From Pseudobdellovibrionaceae bacterium (GTDB lineage Bacteria; Bdellovibrionota; Bdellovibrionia; Bdellovibrionales; Bdellovibrionaceae), in contig JBGGMM010000083.1 of NCBI GenBank assembly GCA_041288045.1, positions 1 to 12,731 on the forward strand: DNA of 12,731 bases. Direction: 5' to 3'. Both the position numbers and the translations under genes were made by a program. Positions within the stretch are counted from its first letter, which is position 1; each line of letters starts with the position of its first letter. Shown here piece after piece: positions 1-6,894 of the stretch. The notes below the pieces were generated by a model. The model made no database searches, was not told the origin of the DNA, and saw only the letters and a list, made by a program, of their open reading frames with translations.

Positions 1-71
1 TCTCTTTCTTTTTGCACTAAGATTTCTGTATTTGAGAGCAAGCTTTCATCAGATAATTTTTTTAGATTCAT
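1..71 (-). CDS. 5' fragment of a probable HNH-endonuclease-family protein (Bdellovibrionota type); continues beyond the window's left edge
   Basis: Not in the ORF track. ATG at 71-69 with SD GGAGG at 80-76. Reads MNLKKLSDESLLSNTEILVQKER(E) with no stop up to base 1. From recall, this resembles the 'MNLKxLSDxxLLxxTxxLVxxERE' start of multicopy Bdellovibrio HNH/DUF222-like proteins. The HNH domain itself is outside the window. Confidence 0.6.
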   Translation of the reverse strand, partial: MNLKKLSDESLLSNTEILVQKER

Positions 72-75
72 AATT

Positions 76-119
76 CCTCCGAAACTGAAAGCACCATAGC
101 ATAGGTTTTAAAAAGTGAA
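76..119 (-). promoter_or_regulatory. Putative extended -10 promoter and SD for the HNH-like gene
   Basis: Minus strand reads TTCACT (119-114)-N15-TATGGT (98-93), preceded by TGn (TGCTATGGT, 101-93), with GGAGG at 80-76. The spacer is short, so the -35 is doubtful. Confidence 0.35.
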
Positions 120-314
120 TTTTGCTTAAGCATTTAAACTAAGAAAGAAGACAAAAGAAGAAACACCAAGCTTCTTGCATGTGTGAATAAGATGATGACA
201 GGGCGGCAATCTGTGCGGATAAAGAGCGATTACAGAATGTGAGAAAAACGAATTGCAGAAAAAGAATTCCTGCAAAAACACTGTCAAATAATTATTACTA
301 AATAAAAAATATAA

Positions 315-383
315 TGCAGCGTTTTCTGAACGCCGCAAGTTTCCGCAGCCTAGAAATTGCCGCGACGTTTTCTGAACGCGCGG
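315..383. repeat. Two copies of a 14-bp direct repeat, each the apex of a hairpin
   Basis: CGTTTTCTGAACGC at 320-333 and 366-379 (46-bp period). Copy 1 folds 315-337 (minus strand UGCGGCGUU-CAGAA-AACGCUGCA, followed by UUAUAUUUUUUAUUU). Copy 2 folds 360-383 (CCGCG-CGUU-CAGAA-AACG-U-CGCGG). Confidence 0.85.
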
Positions 384-410
384 ATTCTGCCAGTGTTGCG
401 ATGGGCTTGC

Positions 411-480
411 AAAAAAATATTTTAAAATTCAAATATGAGTGACGCCAGCTTCCCGCTTTTATAGAAAAGCTAGCGTCACT
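411..480 (-). terminator. Probable terminator hairpin of the lipoprotein gene
   Basis: 14-bp stem 438-451/467-480 (minus strand AGUGACGCUAGCUU...AAGCUGGCGUCACU, one G-U pair), 22 nt after the stop at 503. It is followed by A/U-rich sequence, but the U7 run is not directly adjacent. Confidence 0.5.
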
Positions 481-502
481 GAATCAACTCATGCGAATTC
501 GA

Positions 503-1156
503 TTATTTCTCGAAGGGCATGGCTTCTAAAGTTTCGGGTCTTTCGTCTGCTGTTTCACCGCTGTGGTCGTCATCGATTTCACCGACGAAGAGGCGATCAT
601 CTCCTAAGAAGAAAATCTGAAAGAAATCGCCACCCGAACTGGGGAGATTCTCGATGCAGTTGAGGCCTGTGACGTCTTTTTCAATTCCGATTTGCCAATC
701 CGTGAAGCCGCAGAGCTCTTCGGCATTGGCCGCAACTTGAGCTGCTGGAGTGTTCACTTTGGCTTTGATCGTCGTCAGAATCATGTCGATATTGTTATTG
801 CCATTCGCTACGAAACTAGGAACGACATAAGTGAAGCTCGCTTTAGCATCGAAAGAGGCTGGATCCGAGCAATCGGTATCCGTGGGCAAATGCAACTGAG
901 TGAAATAGTCAAATGTCGTTGCACCGATCGTCAGAGTGTCTTTGCGAAATCCCAAAGTTCCAATCGTCGTGCAGCGTTTGCTCCAAGTGCCCTGCAGATC
1001 TGCAAGATCAATCGGATCCTCGGCAGCCCCTCCTCCATCATCAGCGGGTGGTGGATTGTCGTTGCTGTTATTGTCATCGTCATCGTTATCATTGAATCCG
1101 CAGCCCACGAGAGCCAAAGTCAGAAACAAAGTGGTCGTCCATTTACATATTTTCAT
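503..1156 (-). CDS. Hypothetical acidic lipoprotein (217 aa)
   Basis: SD AAGGAG before the ATG; basic n-region, hydrophobic core and lipobox LVG-C19; N/D/P/G-rich tether (NDNDDDDNNSNDNPPPADDGGG); then a beta-rich domain starting LQGTWSKRC with four further Cys. Confidence 0.85.
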   Translation of the reverse strand: MKICKWTTTLFLTLALVGCGFNDNDDDDNNSNDNPPPADDGGGAAEDPIDLADLQGTWSKRCTTIGTLGFRKDTLTIGATTFDYFTQLHLPTDTDCSDPASFDAKASFTYVVPSFVANGNNNIDMILTTIKAKVNTPAAQVAANAEELCGFTDWQIGIEKDVTGLNCIENLPSSGGDFFQIFFLGDDRLFVGEIDDDHSGETADERPETLEAMPFEK

Positions 1157-1187
1157 TGTGGTTTCTCCTTTCCATCAAATCGACCAA

Positions 1188-1215
1188 AGTCTAGCAACTC
1201 TGGTTTCAATGCCAA
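1188..1215 (-). promoter_or_regulatory. Putative sigma70 promoter of the lipoprotein gene
   Basis: TTGGCA (1215-1210)-N16-TAGACT (1193-1188) with a TGn extension, about 30 nt upstream of the ATG. Confidence 0.45.
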
Positions 1216-1297
1216 AAAAGGAGATCAGGAAGTGATAAGAGACATCTGCTCTCTGCGCCAATCTGCAGACACGCACGAGCACGAGCGACAGAGAAAA

Positions 1298-2389
1298 TCA
1301 CTCACGCAACTGTGTTCGCGGCACCATTTCTATAGATCCGGTAAAGAAGCTTCGAATGCCCTGTTCCAGCTCATCGCAGGTCTTGGCTTTGGTGGAAACA
1401 GAGATTAGAGAGTGGCCAAACACCAACCACACACTGGTGGTGCGAATATAAAATCGCACTTTGCGAAGAGCCAAGTCATCACCAAAAAACTGTCGCGAAT
1501 GCGAAAGCAACTTGAGCAAACATTTGCCATACTCGGCCCCTTCTTCTTCGAAGGTCTGTGGCGCCCGAGGACGATTGCCATTTACCGAGACACCTAAATT
1601 TTTTTCTTCAGCCCCAAAAGGCAAAGAAAATCCCAATCGCTCCCCCACCTGCCAAAGCATCCAAGGTCTGGCGGCCAAAGCTCGACCGGCCATGGTCAGA
1701 TCACAGCCAGTTTGCGAGAGCATCAAGAAAACATCATCAGCCGTTTGAATATCACCATTGCCAACCACCGGAAAATCAACCCGCTCACGCAGCCGACGAA
1801 TCTGCTCCCAGTCGGCAACTCCGCGACGCTTTTGTGCCGCTGTTCGTGGATGCAGAGAAATCCAACTGGCACCCGCTTGGGAAAGACCGCGAACAAAATT
1901 CACCAAGTAATCGAAATCAGATTGAGTTCCGGCTCGAAGTTTCACCGACACTGGAACCGCCGAATGCCGAACCGTCATGCGAACCACATCGGCTGCATAA
2001 TCGGGATCACCCATCAGCGCCACTCCATAGTTATGTTTCAAAGCTTTCTGAACCGGGCAGCCCATGTTGATGTCGATTCCTTCAGCACCCCAATCCGTCA
2101 GCTTGCGAACACTGCGAGAAATAAAGTGCTCATCATTGCCGAGGATCTGCGGCACCAGCCCTTGCTCCAAAGGTGATCTCATCGCTTCCGGAGTTTTGGA
2201 TAAATCCTCATCCGGAACTCGTCGCGAATTGAGCATTTCAGTGGGCCAAATGGTGAAGGCCCCATCCGGAAGATAATCCCGAATCACCAATCGCAATGCC
2301 ACATGAGTCAGCCCCACCATAGGCGCTAAACAAAGAGGAAAATTCACTTTCCCGTGAAGAATGGGGCGTTGCAGCTCAGGCTTGGTCAT
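1298..2389 (-). CDS. dus: tRNA-dihydrouridine synthase (Dus family, FMN TIM barrel), 363 aa
   Basis: Motifs LAPMVG, TEM, PQILG, DINMGCP (catalytic Cys), SVKLRAG, LHPRT, GNGDI, AGR. Start moved from 2545 to ATG 2389 (MTKPEL...) because the longer start overlaps purK head-to-head. DusA/B/C subfamily not assigned. Confidence 0.92.
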   Translation of the reverse strand: MTKPELQRPILHGKVNFPLCLAPMVGLTHVALRLVIRDYLPDGAFTIWPTEMLNSRRVPDEDLSKTPEAMRSPLEQGLVPQILGNDEHFISRSVRKLTDWGAEGIDINMGCPVQKALKHNYGVALMGDPDYAADVVRMTVRHSAVPVSVKLRAGTQSDFDYLVNFVRGLSQAGASWISLHPRTAAQKRRGVADWEQIRRLRERVDFPVVGNGDIQTADDVFLMLSQTGCDLTMAGRALAARPWMLWQVGERLGFSLPFGAEEKNLGVSVNGNRPRAPQTFEEEGAEYGKCLLKLLSHSRQFFGDDLALRKVRFYIRTTSVWLVFGHSLISVSTKAKTCDELEQGIRSFFTGSIEMVPRTQLRE

Positions 2390-2448
2390 CGCATCCGATG
2401 TAGCATAGCTTTTGAATATTTGATAATCCTGAAAAAGAAAGAGGAAAA

Positions 2449-3558
2449 ATGGCAGGGACAATCGGCTTTCTGGGCGGCGGACAACTGGCTCGAATGATGG
2501 CTTTAGAGGCTCATCTTTTGGGTTATGAGCCCCATGTTTATTCAACTTTAGAGAGCGATCCAGCAGCTCAAGTGACGGCCCATCATCACAAAGGAAACCT
2601 TCAGGATATCAATAGCTTACAGGCATTTGCTGAAAAAGTAGATCATCTGACTTTTGAATCTGAATTTGTTCCTTCCGAGATTCTTTCTGAACTTGAAAAA
2701 AAATTCTCAGACAAGATTTTTCCCAAACCCTCGATCATGCGCAAGCTGCAAATCCGAATCAGCCAAAAGCAGACTTTGCAAAAATTCAAAGTTCCCACAG
2801 CAGAATTTCTGGAAATTTCAAAGCCTGAAGATTTGCGAGCGGCCTGGCATCAATTGAAGGGCGCCTTTGTTCTAAAGACCAACTTTGGCGGCTATGATGG
2901 TTACGGAACTTTTTTTGCTAAAAAAGAATCTGATTTAAAGGCTTTGGAAGAAAAGCTCAAAGTCAGCTCACAAGGCTTCCTGGCAGAAAAATGGATTCCC
3001 TTCCGGCGCGAAGTGGCTGCCATTTTGGTGAGAAATTCCAAAGGTCAAACACTGGCACTGCCCTTGGTGCAAACTCAGCAGACCCAAGGCCGATGCGATT
3101 GGGTTCAGGGGCCGATCACACATCGCCGTTGGCCCGTTTTGCAAAAGCGGCTTTTTCAAATGATGAAATCCCTGGATTATGTGGGCGCACTGGGTGTGGA
3201 AATGTTTGATACCGGACCGGAGCTTTTGGTGAATGAGCTGGCCCCCCGAGTGCACAATTCTGGACATTATTCACAGGATGCTTTGGCAGAAAGTCAGTTT
3301 CTCTTGCACCTCAAGGCAGGTCTAGGACTTCCACTTTCCAAAGTTCAAAGCCTGAGCCCGCAGTTTGTGATGACCAATCTTTTGGGCGAAAGCAGCCAAC
3401 CACTGATGGTGCCCAAAAACCTTTCGGGACATTTGCACCTTTATGGAAAACAAGAAAACCGTCCCGGTCGGAAAATGGGACATGTGAATTACCTGGGGCC
3501 GAAGGGTCCAGCTCTGCTCAAAAAAGCGCTCAAAGAAAGAAAGGGATTTCGCTTATGA
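2449..3558 (+). CDS. purK: N5-carboxyaminoimidazole ribonucleotide synthase (ATP-grasp)
   Basis: IGFLGGGQLARMM, TFESE, GGYDGYG, NELAPRVHNSGHY, HLYGK, RPGRKMGHVN; SD GAGG upstream. Confidence 0.97.
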   Translation: MAGTIGFLGGGQLARMMALEAHLLGYEPHVYSTLESDPAAQVTAHHHKGNLQDINSLQAFAEKVDHLTFESEFVPSEILSELEKKFSDKIFPKPSIMRKLQIRISQKQTLQKFKVPTAEFLEISKPEDLRAAWHQLKGAFVLKTNFGGYDGYGTFFAKKESDLKALEEKLKVSSQGFLAEKWIPFRREVAAILVRNSKGQTLALPLVQTQQTQGRCDWVQGPITHRRWPVLQKRLFQMMKSLDYVGALGVEMFDTGPELLVNELAPRVHNSGHYSQDALAESQFLLHLKAGLGLPLSKVQSLSPQFVMTNLLGESSQPLMVPKNLSGHLHLYGKQENRPGRKMGHVNYLGPKGPALLKKALKERKGFRL

Positions 3559-4049
3559 AAGTGGCCATCATCATGGGAAGCACCACCGATTTGAAAGTCA
3601 TGCAAGATGCAGCCACCAGCTTGAAAGAGTTTGGAATCCCCTATCACATTGAAATCATCTCGGCCCACCGGGATCCAGAAAAAATGGTGAAATTCGCAAA
3701 AACAGCTCGCGACAGGGGCTTTTCATTGATCATTGCTGGCGCCGGAGCTGCCGCCCATTTGCCAGGAATGGTGGCCTGCCTGACTCACCTGCCAGTGATT
3801 GGAGTTCCTATTCAAATCGGAAAAATGAAAGGCATTGATGCTCTTTTAAGTATTGCCCAAATGCCGAAGGGAATTCCAGTCGCCACTGTGGCTGTGGACA
3901 ATGCCACCAATGCCGGGATCCTTGCCGCTCGGATTTTAGGCGTTTCTAATCCAAAAATAGAAAAGAAACTTTTGAAATTTCAAAAATCACAAATTTCAAA
4001 AGTGAAAAAAATGAATCAGGAATTGAAAAAGAAAAAGCTCACTCGTTGA
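3555..4049 (+). CDS. purE: N5-CAIR mutase (class I PurE)
   Basis: IIMGSTTD, SAHR (catalytic His), AGAGAAAHLPGMVA, PVIGVP, QMPKGIPVATV; ATGA overlap with the purK stop. Confidence 0.97.
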   Translation: MKVAIIMGSTTDLKVMQDAATSLKEFGIPYHIEIISAHRDPEKMVKFAKTARDRGFSLIIAGAGAAAHLPGMVACLTHLPVIGVPIQIGKMKGIDALLSIAQMPKGIPVATVAVDNATNAGILAARILGVSNPKIEKKLLKFQKSQISKVKKMNQELKKKKLTR

Positions 4050-4545
4050 CGAGCTGAGGCTTCCAAGCGCGCACCAGTTGGAAAGTTCCAAATAAAACGC
4101 CAGTGTAAAAAAGGTCACCTAAAACTTGATTGCCTAAAAATGGCAGTGCCATCACAAAACAAGTTTTCAATCCATCGGCTGTGTGTGGATAAAGAGTGTC
4201 CAGGTACCACACACCCAAATTGGTCACTAGAAAAAAGAAAAGGCTCGCAGACAAGCTGCCAATCGCCAATGGGCCCCAAGAAGAATTTGATTTCAATTTC
4301 TGAGAGGCAAAAAAAGCAATCAGAGCCGTTGCTCCATACACCACCAGCATGGTGCCATGAAAACCAATCACCAAATCACTGAGCCAAAGAGCGGCCACAG
4401 GAGCTAAAACCGCGAGAGCTCTTGGTGAAATCACCGAACCACCCAGCAGCGCCAAAGCCGTGACAGCTGTGACATTGGGGGCATGAGGAATCCAACGACT
4501 GAGCGCTGCACCTAAAATCATTATAAGCACTGTTGTATTTCTCAT
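4039..4545 (-). CDS. DUF6580-like integral membrane protein, putative ECF S-component-type vitamin transporter (168 aa)
   Basis: About 5-6 hydrophobic segments; motifs SRWIPHAPN, LWLSD, SLFFFLVTNLGVW, YPHTADGL, ALPF, GDL typical of this family (from recall). Start moved to ATG 4545, which has SD GGAGG. Confidence 0.75.
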   Translation of the reverse strand: MRNTTVLIMILGAALSRWIPHAPNVTAVTALALLGGSVISPRALAVLAPVAALWLSDLVIGFHGTMLVVYGATALIAFFASQKLKSNSSWGPLAIGSLSASLFFFLVTNLGVWYLDTLYPHTADGLKTCFVMALPFLGNQVLGDLFYTGVLFGTFQLVRAWKPQLVNE

Positions 4546-4573
4546 AAAGCCTCCAAATTTCAAACGCGCCTCG

Positions 4574-4633
4574 AGTCTCGCGAAACTTGGGGCAATTGTC
4601 AATTTGACTTAAAATTAAGGGGTCATCTAAAAT
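4574..4633. promoter_or_regulatory. Divergent back-to-back sigma70 promoters
   Basis: Minus strand: TTGACA (4602-4597)-N17-GAGACT (4579-4574). Plus strand: TTGACT (4604-4609)-N18-TAAAAT (4628-4633). The two -35 boxes are 1 bp apart. Confidence 0.55.
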
Positions 4634-6071
4634 GAAGGCTATGGTAAAATCTTTCCTCATCCTCTGCCTGGGAGCCTCCCAAGCATTTGCGGCTCCGCTG
4701 TCTCTCACTCCTCAGGATGTGACTCAATTGGTTTTGAAACAAAGTCTCCGCGCCAAAGAGATTGGCCTTCAGTTGGAGCAAGTGCCTTTTGATTTGTCCC
4801 AAGCAGAAAGTCTCTTTGACTATAAATTCGCGGCCAGCTACGGACAGCAACAGACAAAATTTGAAAGCTCCACACAGACTTATTTTTTAGAGGACACAAG
4901 CTATCTTTCGAGCCTCTCACTGACAAAGCCCTTTATCACTGGAACCACTTTGGGAGTTGAATATTTGGGCACGACCACCAGCCCGGTTTACTCTTCTTCA
5001 GCGCCCAGTCCCGCCCAGGATTCGACCAACAGTTTGTGGGGTTTTAGCCTTGAGCAAGATCTTTGGCGAAATTCGTTTGGAACTGCCGACCGGGCCACGT
5101 TGAGAGCCGCCGAAAACAGCGTCAAAGCCGCCCGCTATACCAACATCAATGAACTGCAGGATCTGGTTCTGGGTGCCATTCGCAGCTACTGGGTGACATT
5201 TGTCGCTCAAGAAACTTTTAAAAATTCCGTCGACTCCCGAGATCGCTATGCCAAATTGGTAGCTTCTATCAAGCGCAAAGCTGGCTATGGCTATACGGGG
5301 CCAGGCGAGCTCTCACAGGCCCAGGCCGAACTGGAAGACCGAGAACAAAAAGTGAAATCAGATTCTGTCGCTTATCTCACTTCTTTGGATCAGCTGGTGA
5401 CGCTTTTGCAATTGCCAGCCAAAACCGAAATTCAATTTAATTTTTCAGAGGACCTTCCACCGCCGCCGAAAAACGATCGACCTGATGTCGAGCAGCTTCG
5501 GCCCGTTCGAGCTTCGCAGCTCAATTTGCAAGCTTCAGAAGAGGCCCTGACCGCCAGCCAAAGTCTGGGTTACCCAGATGTGAGCTTGGTGGGCCGCTAT
5601 TATGCTCAAGGATTGGATGAGTCTGCTGGTGAAGCCAATCGCGAAATGACTTCGGGTCAATTTCCTCGCTACTACGTGGGAGTGAAGCTGGAATATCAAT
5701 TTGGCTCTAATTTTCTCGATGAGAGAACTTTGAACCGAAAGCTCTCTCGAGATCTGGCACAAACCCAATTGCAACGCCAAAAGATGGAATTGGAAGACAA
5801 AGGCCAAGACATTCAACGCCGTTTGCAAAGCACCTATGCCATCGCCCAATCCAGCAAAGTGCAAAGAGAATTGCGCGAAAAGGCTGCCCGCGAACTGGCT
5901 CGCAGCTATCAACAGGGCCGCACAGACATTGCGATTTTCATCGATGCTCTCAATAATTATTACACTTCAGCTGTGCAGTATAAAAGATCCATCGGCGATT
6001 ACCAATTTGCCTTGAGCGAATGGTCGGCTTTTCAAGATCGCCTGGTGGTTGATTCCAAATCTGAGAATTGA
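4632..6071 (+). CDS. TolC-family outer-membrane efflux protein
   Basis: Signal peptide ending AFA; two repeats of long amphipathic helices plus beta strands (SLEQDLW, YPDVSLVGRY, VGVKLEYQFG); late motif SYQQGRTDIAIFIDA. The start may be ATG 4641 rather than 4632. Confidence 0.88.
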   Translation: MKAMVKSFLILCLGASQAFAAPLSLTPQDVTQLVLKQSLRAKEIGLQLEQVPFDLSQAESLFDYKFAASYGQQQTKFESSTQTYFLEDTSYLSSLSLTKPFITGTTLGVEYLGTTTSPVYSSSAPSPAQDSTNSLWGFSLEQDLWRNSFGTADRATLRAAENSVKAARYTNINELQDLVLGAIRSYWVTFVAQETFKNSVDSRDRYAKLVASIKRKAGYGYTGPGELSQAQAELEDREQKVKSDSVAYLTSLDQLVTLLQLPAKTEIQFNFSEDLPPPPKNDRPDVEQLRPVRASQLNLQASEEALTASQSLGYPDVSLVGRYYAQGLDESAGEANREMTSGQFPRYYVGVKLEYQFGSNFLDERTLNRKLSRDLAQTQLQRQKMELEDKGQDIQRRLQSTYAIAQSSKVQRELREKAARELARSYQQGRTDIAIFIDALNNYYTSAVQYKRSIGDYQFALSEWSAFQDRLVVDSKSEN

Positions 6072-6075
6072 AATT

Positions 6076-6894
6076 TTAAAGCAACAAACCGACACCTAAA
6101 AGCAATCCGTATTGCTGAGTGGTGCTGTCCGGTTCACGAATATCAGTTTGAACACCCGGTGTGGAATTGAACTCAAATGAGCTCTCGCCGATTTGCGAGT
6201 ATTCATACCAAGGTGAAATCAAAAAGCGGTAGGCTGAATCTTTCCTTTGCAGGCGAAAGGGAACTTGCAGTTTGAATCCTGGCTTATTGCCAAGATCCAA
6301 AGTCGTGTCATCCCCATCGGTGACTGTTTCAGAAAAAATGACTTCGATTTTTCCATTGCTCATCAGCCGACTTGAAAAATCAAAGCCGATGTCCAGGGCA
6401 TCACTCACTGGAACTTCAATCAAAAACCCCAGTGGAAAGTAGGTCCAAGTGTAAATCTCTCGGAAACCCGTTCCACCAGATAAAAACCGATCCCAATAAC
6501 GGTAGCCAATGCCAGCGTAGAGGTAGAGAAATTCTTGAACTCGAAAATAAAAATCCGTTTCGATTCGATAAAAAATGTGATCATTGGTATGGGTCACCGG
6601 TACACCTTGCAAAGTGGTCCCATCGTAATTGCTTTGAACTTGACCAGAGTACTCAGCCTCGGCATTGAAAAAACTTTCATTCAACTGGGGAATGAAAATT
6701 CTGCCGCGCAAACTGGGAATAACAAATGTCCCTTTTTCTTCACTTTTTAAAGGGTATGGAACGTCTTCTTTGTAATCAAAGCTCGTGACGTTCAATCCAC
6801 CGATCAATTCAAACCGCAAAGGAGCTTTGGGTTCCTCGGCCCACCCTTGAATTGAAAAAAATAAAATCAAAAAAACAAACAACCGGCTGTTCAT
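6076..6894 (-). CDS. Uncharacterised outer-membrane beta-barrel protein (272 aa)
   Basis: Start moved to ATG 6894 (ATGA overlap with the acs stop). Signal peptide [19 protein letters not shown]; aromatic-rich alternating strands ([46 protein letters not shown]). Confidence 0.8.
   Translation of the reverse strand: MNSRLFVFLILFFSIQGWAEEPKAPLRFELIGGLNVTSFDYKEDVPYPLKSEEKGTFVIPSLRGRIFIPQLNESFFNAEAEYSGQVQSNYDGTTLQGVPVTHTNDHIFYRIETDFYFRVQEFLYLYAGIGYRYWDRFLSGGTGFREIYTWTYFPLGFLIEVPVSDALDIGFDFSSRLMSNGKIEVIFSETVTDGDDTTLDLGNKPGFKLQVPFRLQRKDSAYRFLISPWYEYSQIGESSFEFNSTPGVQTDIREPDSTTQQYGLLLGVGLLL

Noticed and set aside
126..338. 70-aa minus-strand ORF upstream of the HNH-like gene
   Set aside because: TTG start inside a hairpin, no SD, and Phe/Leu/Ser composition simply reflecting T-rich DNA.
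315..383. CRISPR array
   Set aside because: Only two 14-bp copies, no third repeat and no cas genes; kept as a repeat finding only.
1273..1286. Short tandem GCACGA-GCACGA-GC after the dus stop
   Set aside because: About 2.3 copies of a hexamer; too short to distinguish from chance.
692..1408. 238-aa plus-strand ORF
   Set aside because: Antisense shadow of the lipoprotein and the dus 3' end; no SD or recognisable motifs.
2390..2545. 52-aa N-terminal extension of Dus in the ORF track
   Set aside because: Overlaps the purK start on the opposite strand, and Dus homology begins near LAPM shortly after Met53.
4184..4192. Perfect DnaA box TTATCCACA (minus strand)
   Set aside because: Lies inside the coding sequence at the LYPH motif; a single isolated copy.
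4546..4631. Cobalamin riboswitch upstream of the DUF6580-like gene
   Set aside because: The spacer is only 86 bp, mostly promoter elements, with no B12-box.
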